A stretch of 64,000 nt of DNA from an uncultured Verrucomicrobiae bacterium. Its GTDB lineage: Bacteria; Verrucomicrobiota; Verrucomicrobiia; Limisphaerales; UBA11358. Below, piece after piece: positions 27,632 through 36,449 of the stretch. Under the pieces are notes generated by a model. It saw only the letters and a list, made by a program, of their open reading frames with translations. It searched no databases and was not told the DNA's origin. Position 1 is the first letter of the stretch. Each line of letters begins with the position of its first letter. Where the stretch lies: contig CAWAYP010000005.1 of the NCBI GenBank assembly GCA_963786375.1, positions 80,036 to 144,035 of the forward strand. The letters are read 5' to 3'. Made by a program: the position numbers and the translations under genes.

Positions 27632-29011
27632 CTATACAAACTTGCCCGGGTTTAAAATACCTTTCGGGTCCAGCGCTCTTTTTATAACGCCATGCAATTT
27701 GCGGACCTCCTTTGAAACGGCCCGCGGCCACCAGCGCTTTTTGGCGAGGCCGATGCCATGTTCGCCACTGATGGCGCCGCCCCAGGCGATGATTTGTGCG
27801 AACAGTTCGTCCAATGCCGCCTCGGCACGCCGGGCGGCTTTCGGTTGATTGAAGTCCACCATGATGTTGGTGTGGATGTTGCCGTCACCGGCATGACCGA
27901 AACACGCGACGGTCAGGCCGTGTTTCTTCTGAAGCCTGGCGGCAAATTGGAAAAGGTCTTCCAGCCGGCTGCGCGGCACGACGATGTCTTCGTTGAGTTT
28001 GGTAAGGCCGGTATCGCGCAGGGCGTAAGAAAATTCCCGGCGGATTTTCCAGATTTTCTCGCATTGAGCGGCGCCCAGGCCGCGCTCGACAAACAATGGT
28101 TTTTGACGGCGCACAATTTGCTCCAAATCCTTCAACTCGTGCCGGACGGACCTTTCCTGTCCATCGAGTTCAACAATCAGGTGGGCGCGGCAGCCGCGCA
28201 GCCGTTCGCTTTTGGTGCGTTGGTAAGCGGCGGCGAGCGTGAATTCGTCGGCCAACTCGAGCGCGCAGGGCAGGAAACCGGCAGCGAGAATGGATTGCAA
28301 CACGCGGACCGCAGTTTTCATCGAGCCAAAACCAACAGCCAGGTTTGCACGAAACGGCGGCAGCGGAATCAATTTGAGCGTGGCTTCCGTAATGATGCCA
28401 AGCGTGCCTTCGGAACCGACCAACAGGCGGTGAAGGTCGTAGCCGGTTTTGTTTTTGTGCGTGCGCCCGCCGACACGAATGATTGTGCCATCGGCCAGCA
28501 CGGCTTCGAGTCCGAGGACGTAGTCGCGCGTGACGCCGTATTTCAAACAGTGCGGACCGCCGGCGTTGGTGGCAATGTTGCCGCCAATGAAATTATCTGC
28601 GCGGCTGGCGGGGTCGGGCGGATAAAACAAACCGCGCTTTTCGACAGCTTCCTGGAGTGTCTGCGTGACGACGCCCGGTTCCACGACGGCGACAAAATCA
28701 GCGGCGTTGATTTCCTTGATCCGGCTCATGCGTTCCAGGGAAAGCACGATGCCGCCATAGACGGGCACGCAGCCGCCGACGTAGCCATGGCCGGCGCCGC
28801 GCGGCGTGACGGGGATTTTGTGCTGATTGGCAAAGCGCAGAATTGCAGAAACGGATTTAACGGAGCGGGGCAGGGCGACGGCGTCGGGTTGTTGGGCGGC
28901 GAACCATTTGTCGGCGGCGTAATTTCTGAGTGTTTGCGGCTCCAAACTGATTTCACCCGGCGGCAAATTTCTTTTGAGGCGGCGCAGGAGTTTTAAATTC
29001 GCGGCGGTCAT
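27632..29011 (-). CDS. FAD-linked oxidase (GlcD / D-lactate dehydrogenase family)
   Basis: 459 aa; FAD-binding PCMH pattern ...PVTPRGAGHGYVGG...; C-terminal ...GGAISGEHGIGLAK...LDPKGILNPGK. Confidence 0.85.
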   Translation of the reverse strand: MTAANLKLLRRLKRNLPPGEISLEPQTLRNYAADKWFAAQQPDAVALPRSVKSVSAILRFANQHKIPVTPRGAGHGYVGGCVPVYGGIVLSLERMSRIKEINAADFVAVVEPGVVTQTLQEAVEKRGLFYPPDPASRADNFIGGNIATNAGGPHCLKYGVTRDYVLGLEAVLADGTIIRVGGRTHKNKTGYDLHRLLVGSEGTLGIITEATLKLIPLPPFRANLAVGFGSMKTAVRVLQSILAAGFLPCALELADEFTLAAAYQRTKSERLRGCRAHLIVELDGQERSVRHELKDLEQIVRRQKPLFVERGLGAAQCEKIWKIRREFSYALRDTGLTKLNEDIVVPRSRLEDLFQFAARLQKKHGLTVACFGHAGDGNIHTNIMVDFNQPKAARRAEAALDELFAQIIAWGGAISGEHGIGLAKKRWWPRAVSKEVRKLHGVIKRALDPKGILNPGKFV

Positions 29012-29223
29012 TCAGCAGGCGGGTTAAGAAACTCCCGGACGTCGGCGGCTTCGGGTTCCGGAACCTGGACGCGGATGCCGCCGGCGGCGAGTGAATAGCC
29101 GTCAATGCTCAGTGCGGAAAGCTCACCGGCAACGAAGGGGTGGAAATCCGCCGCTTCGAGGCGGGAACGGACGAGTTGAGCTTCAGCCGGGCTGAAGGCG
29201 GTAAAGACAGTAACGAGATCCAT
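29008..29223 (-). CDS. small DUF2007-like (putative signal-transducing) protein
   Basis: 71 aa; MDLVTVFTAFSPAEAQLVRSRLEAADFHPFV; 4-nt overlap with the next gene. Confidence 0.4.
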   Translation of the reverse strand: MDLVTVFTAFSPAEAQLVRSRLEAADFHPFVAGELSALSIDGYSLAAGGIRVQVPEPEAADVREFLNPPAE

Positions 29224-29256
29224 TTTTATTTTGGCGCTTGCCCCCGCTTTGCGGGA

Positions 29257-30273
29257 TCAAACGACTTGCGCTGCTTTTATTTCGGCGAAAACAATAATTC
29301 CAGCGCCGGTTTGGAGCAGGCTTTGGACTTCCACCTCGACTTGCTGGCCGATATGTGACTGGCCGTTGTTGACGACGATCATCGTGCCATCGGGCATGTA
29401 GCCGATGCCTTGGCCCTTGTCCTTGCCTTCGCGCACGATTTTCAGGCGCAAAATTTCGCCCGGAAGCAAAATCACTTTAAGGCACTTGGCGACTTCATAA
29501 AGATTCACATAGTTGATTTTTTGCAACTCGGCAACCTTGGCGAGGTTGTAATCGTTGGTGAAAAGACGGGCGTTCAGGTTGCGCGCGAGGCGGACGAGTT
29601 TGGAGTCCACGTCCTTTTCTTCGGAAAAATCACCGTCATGGATGCGGACTTCGATGCCGGTGTTGCGTTGAATGCGGTTGAGCATTTCGAGTCCACGGCG
29701 GCCTCGGGCGCGTTTGATGGGATCGGTGGAATCGGCGATTTGTTGAATTTCCTTCAACACAAACCGCGGCACGACAATGAGGCCTTCGAGAAAATGGGCT
29801 TCAATCAAATCGGCGATCCGGCCGTCAATGATGACACTGGTGTCGAGCAGCAACAGATTGTCCAGTTGGCCTTGGGGTCGAAAACGGACGTAAGGAATAA
29901 TCAGCGAGAAATCCTCCTTGTTGCTGCGCATCGCGAGAATGATGCCGATGTAGCTGAAAGCCAAAAAAAGACCGAGACGGACAAACCATTGAACCTTGTC
30001 GTCAGCGTTATCCATCAAGGGCGAGTGGCCAATGAGCAAAGCGACGGCCATGCCGAGCAGCAACCCAAACGTCGTGGCGGAGAATGCGCGAAGGGAAAAG
30101 CCCTTGAGCATTTCGTCCATGGCAATCATCAGTCCACCGAAACCAAAGCCGATCAGCATGCCGAACACCTCACTATGGTTGACGGCGAGAAATTCCGTCC
30201 GCTGGCTGATGGCGTAGCCAGCCGCAATGCACAGGCTCAAAAACAAAATGCGAATGGTCCAAAGGGAACTCAT
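29257..30273 (-). CDS. integral-membrane PIN + TRAM domain protein (YacL-like)
   Basis: Four N-terminal hydrophobic spans; PIN core LLLDTSVIIDGRI; C-terminal TRAM-like ...GQQVEVEVQSLLQTGAGIIVFAE. ATG at 30273 overlaps the mlaD stop (ATGA). Confidence 0.75.
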   Translation of the reverse strand: MSSLWTIRILFLSLCIAAGYAISQRTEFLAVNHSEVFGMLIGFGFGGLMIAMDEMLKGFSLRAFSATTFGLLLGMAVALLIGHSPLMDNADDKVQWFVRLGLFLAFSYIGIILAMRSNKEDFSLIIPYVRFRPQGQLDNLLLLDTSVIIDGRIADLIEAHFLEGLIVVPRFVLKEIQQIADSTDPIKRARGRRGLEMLNRIQRNTGIEVRIHDGDFSEEKDVDSKLVRLARNLNARLFTNDYNLAKVAELQKINYVNLYEVAKCLKVILLPGEILRLKIVREGKDKGQGIGYMPDGTMIVVNNGQSHIGQQVEVEVQSLLQTGAGIIVFAEIKAAQVV

Positions 30274-31244
30274 GGTTGTTCGGCTGCTCCGTGGGGCGGC
30301 GCGTTGGTGGGTGGCGGCTCGCGGTGCCAGAGAAAATGCCACAAACCGAGCCGGTTCAAATTGCCCGTCGCTATGGCCAGGTTCGCCGCGACGGTTTGCA
30401 CGTTGGTGGACAATTGTTCATTTTTCAGCAAGGTTCCCGCCAAGCCCCTGCCGGATTGCAAATCATCCATCAATTTTTTCAGATCCTCGGTTGAAGCCTC
30501 AATATTGGTTGCGGCGGCGGAAATTTCCGCGCCATTGGTCGAGACGATACCATGGGCGTCGTCAGACAGGCGGATAAGGTCCTGCGAAAAGAAGACCACG
30601 TTGCTGACGGCGAGATCAATTTGCGAGCCGTTGGTCGCGACGAGCGCGTTGATGTTGGCCACCGTGTCCGTCGCCTGTTCGGAAAACATGCGCAGGTTGC
30701 TGACGGCGGCGGAAAAATTGGTCAGCGTCTGTTCGTTCAACACCAGACGGCGCACGTCGCTGACGGCGTCGTCGAGTTTCTTTGCCGTTTCATCAATGCG
30801 CTGAATGAAACCGGACGCCGAGCGCGCGACTTCCTGCAAATTGAACGGCGCTTCGCAATCAACATCCGCGCCGTTGGTCCACACCGGCGGCTGATTGGCC
30901 GTCGGGACGATCGCGACATACTGGTCTCCGAGAAAGCCGGATTGTTGGATGACAAACCGCGCGTCGTGATAGACTTTATAATCATTGTAAATTCGCAGCA
31001 AAATGGTCACGCTTTTGCCGTCCGGGGCGAGTTTAATGTCCGAAACGCTGCCGACCTGCACGCCGGCCAGCAACACCGAAGCGCGTTTCTTGAGGCCGCC
31101 GACGTTGCTCGCGTGCAGGCTCAATTCGTAGGTGCCGCGAAAAATGCTCGTGCTTTTGCTGAATTGAATCAGCAGCACGGCCAGCAACACCAGCCCGATG
31201 AACACGAACAGGCCGACTTTGATTTCCTGGTGTGACTTTTCCAT
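30270..31244 (-). CDS. mlaD: MCE/MlaD-family substrate-binding protein
   Basis: N-terminal anchor KVGLFVFIGLVLLAVLLI; MCE core ...LLAGVQVGSVSDIKLAPDG...; long helical C-terminus. Confidence 0.8.
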   Translation of the reverse strand: MEKSHQEIKVGLFVFIGLVLLAVLLIQFSKSTSIFRGTYELSLHASNVGGLKKRASVLLAGVQVGSVSDIKLAPDGKSVTILLRIYNDYKVYHDARFVIQQSGFLGDQYVAIVPTANQPPVWTNGADVDCEAPFNLQEVARSASGFIQRIDETAKKLDDAVSDVRRLVLNEQTLTNFSAAVSNLRMFSEQATDTVANINALVATNGSQIDLAVSNVVFFSQDLIRLSDDAHGIVSTNGAEISAAATNIEASTEDLKKLMDDLQSGRGLAGTLLKNEQLSTNVQTVAANLAIATGNLNRLGLWHFLWHREPPPTNAPPHGAAEQP

Positions 31245-31247
31245 GGT

Positions 31248-31988
31248 CTAGTTTTTTTTGGCGTCCGCCACCCCGTCAACAAACTGGCGCACCACCGGGT
31301 CTGGCGACGCAAAAAAGTCGTCCGGCGCACCGCTGGCATAAATGGTTTTGTCGTGCATCATCAGCACGCGATTGCCAACGCGCCGCGCTGTGCGCATATC
31401 GTGGGTGACCACGACGGTCGTGACATGAAACTGGTCGCGCACTTGCATCATCAATTTGTCAATGCTGTCGGACACGATTGGGTCCAAGCCGGTCGTCGGT
31501 TCGTCGTAAAGCACAATTTGCGGTTCGTAAACAATCGCGCGCGCTAGGCCGACGCGTTTTCTCATGCCGCCGGACAATTCCGCCGGACTCTTGTTTTCCG
31601 TGCCTGGCAAATCCACCACGTCCAAAGCGTGAGCGACCTGACGGGCGATTTCCGCCTCGGTCAAATGCTCATGCCGGCGCAACCCAAAGGCGACATTTTC
31701 GGCGACCGTCATCGAATCGAACAACGCCGAGCCTTGAAACACCATGCCAAATTTTCGGCGCACGCGCAGCAATTGTCGTTCATTCATTGGCACGATATTT
31801 TCGCCGTCAATCAGCACTTCACCGGCGTCCGGCTTTAACAGGCCGATCAATTGCTTGAGCAAAACGCTCTTGCCACAGCCGCTGCGGCCTATGATGGCGA
31901 CCGATTCGCCGTTTTCAATCAGAAAGCTGACGTCATCCAAAACGGGCTGGTCACCAAAACGTTTTTGCAAATGGCGCGCTTCAATCAT
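31248..31988 (-). CDS. mlaF: ABC transporter ATP-binding protein (MlaF-like)
   Basis: Walker A GRSGCGKS, signature LSGGMRKRVGLAR, Walker B VLYDEPTTGLD. Confidence 0.9.
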   Translation of the reverse strand: MIEARHLQKRFGDQPVLDDVSFLIENGESVAIIGRSGCGKSVLLKQLIGLLKPDAGEVLIDGENIVPMNERQLLRVRRKFGMVFQGSALFDSMTVAENVAFGLRRHEHLTEAEIARQVAHALDVVDLPGTENKSPAELSGGMRKRVGLARAIVYEPQIVLYDEPTTGLDPIVSDSIDKLMMQVRDQFHVTTVVVTHDMRTARRVGNRVLMMHDKTIYASGAPDDFFASPDPVVRQFVDGVADAKKN

Positions 31989-32764
31989 AATGAGTTAAAC
32001 AATCGTTCCAATAACAACGTCAAAAAGAAATTGGTGATCAGTATGGCGATGGAGGCGGAAACGACCGCCTCGGTGGTGGCTTTTCCGACACCTTCGGCGC
32101 CCAGCCCGCAGGTCATGCCTTTGTAGCAGCCAACCAGCGTCAGGATGCCGCCATAGGTGAACGCTTTGATCAGGCCGATCGCCACGTCCGTGTCACCCGT
32201 GTATTTGAGCATGTGCGCCCACGAATACGTCGGGTCAATGCCCAGCAACGCGACGCCGACAAAATAACCCGCGGCAATGCCGATGGAGATGGATTCCGCA
32301 GTCAGCAGCGGCAATGCAATCAACCCGGCCAAAACCCGCGGGACAACGAGATAATCCACTGGATGCGTCGCCAATGTCCGCAGGGCGTCAATTTGCTCCG
32401 TCACACGCATCGTGCCGATTTCGGCGGCGATGGCCGCGCCGACCCGGCCCGTAACCATCAGCGCGGTCAGGACGGGACCCAGTTCGCTGCACATGGAAAC
32501 GCCGACAACCGCCAGCGTGGCCGTGTCCATTTTGACCTTGTGAAATTGAAAATACGTTTGGGCGCCGAGCACCATGCCCGTGAAGGCGCCGGTGATGAGC
32601 ACGACCGTCTGCGATTTCACCCCCACAAAAAAAAGTTGATAAAGCAGATCGCGCCAGGCCACTTTGAACGTGAACAGCGAGGCGGCGGTCTCTTTGGCCA
32701 GCAAGGTGAACCGCCCCAAACCGGCAAGGGATTCAGCCACGCGCTGGTTGGCGGAAAAAATCAT
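31985..32764 (-). CDS. mlaE: ABC transporter permease (MlaE-like)
   Basis: Start taken at MIFSANQRVAESL (ATG 32764), because the upstream ORF extension overlaps the divergent promoter region; ~260 aa, multiple TM spans. Confidence 0.8.
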   Translation of the reverse strand: MIFSANQRVAESLAGLGRFTLLAKETAASLFTFKVAWRDLLYQLFFVGVKSQTVVLITGAFTGMVLGAQTYFQFHKVKMDTATLAVVGVSMCSELGPVLTALMVTGRVGAAIAAEIGTMRVTEQIDALRTLATHPVDYLVVPRVLAGLIALPLLTAESISIGIAAGYFVGVALLGIDPTYSWAHMLKYTGDTDVAIGLIKAFTYGGILTLVGCYKGMTCGLGAEGVGKATTEAVVSASIAILITNFFLTLLLERLFNSL

Positions 32765-32873
32765 CGTTGGACGCAAAATATCAAACCGCCCCAGGGTTGG
32801 CCAGTGCTGGATTTCGTGTCCACCGCCATTGCGGTTCGGCCTGAAATTTGCAATATTCAGCCGCGTGACCGGA

Positions 32874-33443
32874 ATGCGAAAATGGCTTTTAAGGGTCGGG
32901 TTCATCCTTTTTACGCTCTTTATTCTGCTGGGCGCCGCCGCGTTTCTCTTTCCGCAAAAATGTTTGTGTGTGGACAGCGGGGCGGTGAAGGCTGACGTGA
33001 TGGTGGTTTTGGGCGGCGGTTCGCACGACCGCCCCGAACGCGCGGTGGAACTTTTCAAGGAGCGCGCCGCGCCGCGCATTCTCGTCAGCGGCCTGGGCGA
33101 TTGTAAAATCAGCCGGCAATTTTTGATCGAGTCCGGTGTGCCGTCGCGCTTGATTGAAATGGAAAATCAGTCACGCACGACGAAAGAGAATGCCATTTAT
33201 GCCGTCAAGCTGCTTCGCAAACAAGGTGCGCGCCGCGTCATCATCATCACCTCGTGGTATCATTCACGCCGGGCGCTGGCGTGTTTCGAGCATTACGGGC
33301 CGGAAATCCGATTTTACTCGCGTCCGTCCTATTTTGCCTATCTGCGGGCCGATTGGCCACAGCACGACCTTGCGCGGCGCATCTATCTGGAATATCCCAA
33401 GCTGCTCGGGTATTGGATGTGCTATGGCGTTTTGCCCTTCTGA
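32874..33443 (+). CDS. DUF218/YdcF(ElyC)-family membrane-anchored protein
   Basis: MRKWLLRVGFILFTLFILLG anchor; ...VMVVLGGG...RILVSG...TKENAIYAVKLL...VIIITSWYHSRRA. Confidence 0.75.
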   Translation: MRKWLLRVGFILFTLFILLGAAAFLFPQKCLCVDSGAVKADVMVVLGGGSHDRPERAVELFKERAAPRILVSGLGDCKISRQFLIESGVPSRLIEMENQSRTTKENAIYAVKLLRKQGARRVIIITSWYHSRRALACFEHYGPEIRFYSRPSYFAYLRADWPQHDLARRIYLEYPKLLGYWMCYGVLPF

Positions 33444-33501
33444 TTTACGCTGAAAACTCCTTGCGCTTGGTTTGTTTGTCGGCCAGACTAAAAGACTCAA
33501 T

Positions 33502-33578
<77 letters not shown>

Positions 33579-33584
33579 ATTTTC

Positions 33585-33770
33585 GTCCTGTTGTACGAAG
33601 ATGCCTGAAGAATTGGTGCCGGCGATTGAACCGTCCAGTATAAGTACCGAGGAACCATTTCATGCCCGCCACCGGATTTGGCTGTGGGTGTTTCGGCCGC
33701 GAAGTGAAAATCTTTTCCATCAGGCAATAGACGTATACCTGCCAGCCGATCTCCTCGGCTCATCAAATAG
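33585..33770 (-). pseudogene. decayed fragment of an IS200/RAYT-like (Y1 transposase-like) gene
   Basis: Two frames read ...DFHFAAETP and ...QPNPVAGMKWFLGTYTGRFNRRH, which I recall from a transposase-like family (..HLVVETPQPNLVAGMKW.LGTYT.RFNRRH..). Frame-shifted and truncated at both ends; abuts the tRNA 3' end. Confidence 0.4.
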
Positions 33771-33840
33771 TAAATTGTTCCCGCAAACTCAACTCACAAC
33801 GGTCTTAGCATAATCCGCCATTTGGCTGGCTAACGACAAG

Positions 33841-35376
33841 TCATTGCCGAGGGAAGGACTTCGGAAGAATTGGCCTGTCTCCTTCTTGGCAATTTCCATC
33901 TTTGCTTTTTCCAGAGCAGAACCCCGAGGTGGCGGTGAGACTGCCCTGATAGATCGTTGGCGTGTTGGTGCCGCTTGCCGGGACGGCAAAATGCAACGCC
34001 CCACTGAGATTGAAGAAGGCAATTGAATTGCTGGGGCCGTAGACGAAACGTTCCGTAGCCGCCAAAGTGCCGGCTGCCAGCGAGTTGTTTCCCGGGAAAA
34101 TCCATATCAATCGCTCGGCTAGCGTGTTGTTGGTGTTGTGCAGGGATACACCGCCTTGGAATGTGTAGGGTGTGCTAACCACGGTGTTATTGGTTCCCCT
34201 CACCACTTCCAGTGCATCGACCGTCAGATCGTAAACCAATCTCAACCCCTGGAGGTTGGTAATGCCCTGTTGGCTGGCACAGTTGCGGATGATGTCCCGG
34301 TTCTCAAACTGAGCACAGGTCAGATTCCCAGTTTGGTTGGTCGAGATGCTCAGTGCGCTCACGCAGGCGTTGAACAATTCGTGAGGGGAATTCTCTTTCA
34401 GGGCAAGCGAGTGATGCGCGCCCCCGCCGGCCGCAATGGCCGTAAAACCCGTATTGGGCGACGGCACATTGCATTCACCGTACCCATTATATCCCCAAGC
34501 CACGATAGAACCATCAGTTTTCAGGCCAAGTGAGTGAGACCAACCGGCTGCGATGGCTATAAAGCCAGTATTGGGCGACGGCACATCGCATTGGCCGGCA
34601 AAATTCCCCCAGTAGTCCAGATTATTTCCCCAGGCGACAATCGAGCCATCGGCTTTCAGGCCAAGCGAGTGATCCCAGCCGGCTGCGATGGCCACAAAAC
34701 CCGTATTCGGCGACGGCACATCACACTGGCCGTACAAGTCGCTTCCCCAGGCGACAATCGAGCCGTCGGCTTTCAGACCAAGCGCGTGATACCCGCCGGC
34801 CGCGATGGCCACAAAACCCGAATTGGGCGACGGTACATTGCATTCACCCCAACCATTGTCTCCCCAAGCGACAATCGAGCCGTCGTTTTTCAGGCCAAGC
34901 ATGTTTCCGTTGCCGGCTGCGATGGCTACAAAACCAGTGTTAGGCGGCGGCACAGTCAGTCGAGGATCCCCGTTGACATTGAATCCCCAGGCCACAATCG
35001 AGCCGTCATTTTTCAGCCCAAGCGACATATAATTACCAGCCGCGACAGCTATAAAATTCGCATTGGGCGGCGGTACATTGCATTCACCCCAAGTGTTGTC
35101 TCCCCAAGCCACAATCGAGCCGTCGTTTTTCAGGCCAAGCGATTGATCCCCGCCGGACGCGATGGCCGTAAAATCCGAATTGGACGAGGGCACATTGCAT
35201 TGACCGTTCCCGTTGTCTCCCCAAGCCACAATTTCTCCGGCGGCAAACACCGGTATGGGTGAAACAAACGCGGACAGGAAAAGACAGACCACAGCAATTG
35301 TGATGAAAGAGCATATTTTGTTTCGGTAGCTGTGATCGGAATTCCCTCGTTTAATATGCCCAGATAGGTTTTTCAT
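33841..35376 (-). CDS. RCC1/BLIP-II-like beta-propeller repeat protein with N-terminal signal anchor and unknown ~170-aa C-terminal domain
   Basis: Seven ~48-aa repeats of the form GSIVAWG.N..G.C.VP.PN.GF.AIAAG..HSLGLK.DGSIVAWG. Confidence 0.8.
   Translation of the reverse strand: MKNLSGHIKRGNSDHSYRNKICSFITIAVVCLFLSAFVSPIPVFAAGEIVAWGDNGNGQCNVPSSNSDFTAIASGGDQSLGLKNDGSIVAWGDNTWGECNVPPPNANFIAVAAGNYMSLGLKNDGSIVAWGFNVNGDPRLTVPPPNTGFVAIAAGNGNMLGLKNDGSIVAWGDNGWGECNVPSPNSGFVAIAAGGYHALGLKADGSIVAWGSDLYGQCDVPSPNTGFVAIAAGWDHSLGLKADGSIVAWGNNLDYWGNFAGQCDVPSPNTGFIAIAAGWSHSLGLKTDGSIVAWGYNGYGECNVPSPNTGFTAIAAGGGAHHSLALKENSPHELFNACVSALSISTNQTGNLTCAQFENRDIIRNCASQQGITNLQGLRLVYDLTVDALEVVRGTNNTVVSTPYTFQGGVSLHNTNNTLAERLIWIFPGNNSLAAGTLAATERFVYGPSNSIAFFNLSGALHFAVPASGTNTPTIYQGSLTATSGFCSGKSKDGNCQEGDRPILPKSFPRQ
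34440..35250. repeat. intragenic tandem repeats (~144-150 nt period) encoding the RCC1 blades
   Basis: Recurring ...gccacaatcgagccgtc..tttcaggccaagcg... strings roughly every 145 nt. Confidence 0.75.
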
Positions 35377-35521
35377 AATGGATGCTCCTTAGTGGTGTTA
35401 GAATGCCAAACTTAGTTTTTCATAAGCGCACTTGAACCAAGGGGCATCATCGGTAAAACAGAGCTTTTCGTAATGCAAGCAAAAAAAAACGGAATACTGT
35501 AAGGCCGGCTCGTGGGCTTTT

Positions 35522-35560
35522 AAAAATTGTGCTGCCTTATCCAGTAAGTAGCACAATTTT
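35522..35560 (-). terminator. hairpin terminator downstream of the 35691-36272 gene
   Basis: AAAATTGTGCT / AGCACAATTTT 11-bp stem; on the minus strand it is followed by TTTTAAAA. Confidence 0.55.
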
Positions 35561-35690
35561 ACCGGTTTCAGAACGTTTATGAATCCAGTTTTGAGAAATG
35601 GCCTTAATCGTTTATCTACAGTTCTGAATTTGCAGGTTCCTGTGAATTAGTCTGGTCTGCATTCCCGGCCGCCGCTGGCATCCACGGATA

Positions 35691-36272
35691 TTACAGATGC
35701 CCAAACCGTGTCTGGCTTGAAACCAACGTGATCGGACGAAACCGGGACTGGCACGGAGCGGTGGTTTTTCTATGCGCAAGCAAACACCGTGTCGTTGTCT
35801 GGCAAGCCACGGTAGAGCTGATGTGAGAGCTAAAAGCGTCCTGTTTTATGACACGGTTGACTGGTGCGGGCAGGACAGCCAATGGATTCATTCTTGCCGG
35901 AGGATTCGCACAGGCATACACGACTTTTCTGCGAATCCGCTTTATTTTACCCCAGCCGCCCTGAAGGCACCAAGTTGACGCCAACCAAAGTGCGGCCAGG
36001 CCGGACAAGCCCAAAATCCCGTTGACGGAAACCAATTTGGCCAGCCCTTCGCCAGCCTTTGTTCCCGAAATGGCAGTGGAGGAAGCCGTGCCGGTCAGGT
36101 GGAACGGATTTTGATAGGAATAAACCGGAAAATTCACGGATTGCGGCACCAACACATTATGCCGGGCGATTGCCGCCATGCAGAGAAGAATTGCGCATAA
36201 CGAAGCGGCGGAAAAGAGAAATGCGGTTTGCGCAAGTTTCTTCGTTTGGATTTCGACGTACATGCCTGGCAT
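35691..36272 (-). CDS. hypothetical membrane protein
   Basis: 193-aa ORF with two hydrophobic spans (AFLFSAASLCAILLCMAAI; ILGLSGLAALWLASTW); no family recognised. Confidence 0.35.
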   Translation of the reverse strand: MPGMYVEIQTKKLAQTAFLFSAASLCAILLCMAAIARHNVLVPQSVNFPVYSYQNPFHLTGTASSTAISGTKAGEGLAKLVSVNGILGLSGLAALWLASTWCLQGGWGKIKRIRRKVVYACANPPARMNPLAVLPAPVNRVIKQDAFSSHISSTVACQTTTRCLLAHRKTTAPCQSRFRPITLVSSQTRFGHL

Positions 36273-36365
36273 AAAGCAGGCTGCGTACCAGCCAGGCGGC
36301 CAATTGGGCAGATGGCTTCCGCCTTATGATTGAGTGCTGCCATGGCTGTCGGGATGCGTGACGGT

Positions 36366-36384
36366 GTAGTAGTGTCACTACTAC
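36366..36384. promoter_or_regulatory. perfect 19-nt palindrome GTAGTAGTG-T-CACTACTAC upstream of the aroB promoter
   Basis: 9+1+9 perfect dyad read directly, 32 nt upstream of the putative -35. Confidence 0.4.
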
Positions 36385-36415
36385 GGTCAATGCACCGTCA
36401 TGCCTGCAAACCTTT

Positions 36416-36443
36416 TTGACATGCGCAGCGCAGTCTTTATTCT
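36416..36443 (+). promoter_or_regulatory. putative aroB promoter (TTGACA-16 nt-TATTCT)
   Basis: Consensus -35 at 36416-36421. The -10 ends 6 nt before the first possible start codon (GTG 36450), so the mRNA may be leaderless. Confidence 0.4.
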
Positions 36444-36449
36444 AGGCGC

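Noticed and set aside
32764-33079. Long N-terminal extension of the mlaE ORF (364 aa) and of the DUF218 ORF (starting at 32664).
   Set aside because: The extensions overlap each other on opposite strands and lack hydrophobic or conserved features. Internal ATGs (32764 and 32874) give canonical lengths and a sensible 110-nt divergent promoter region.
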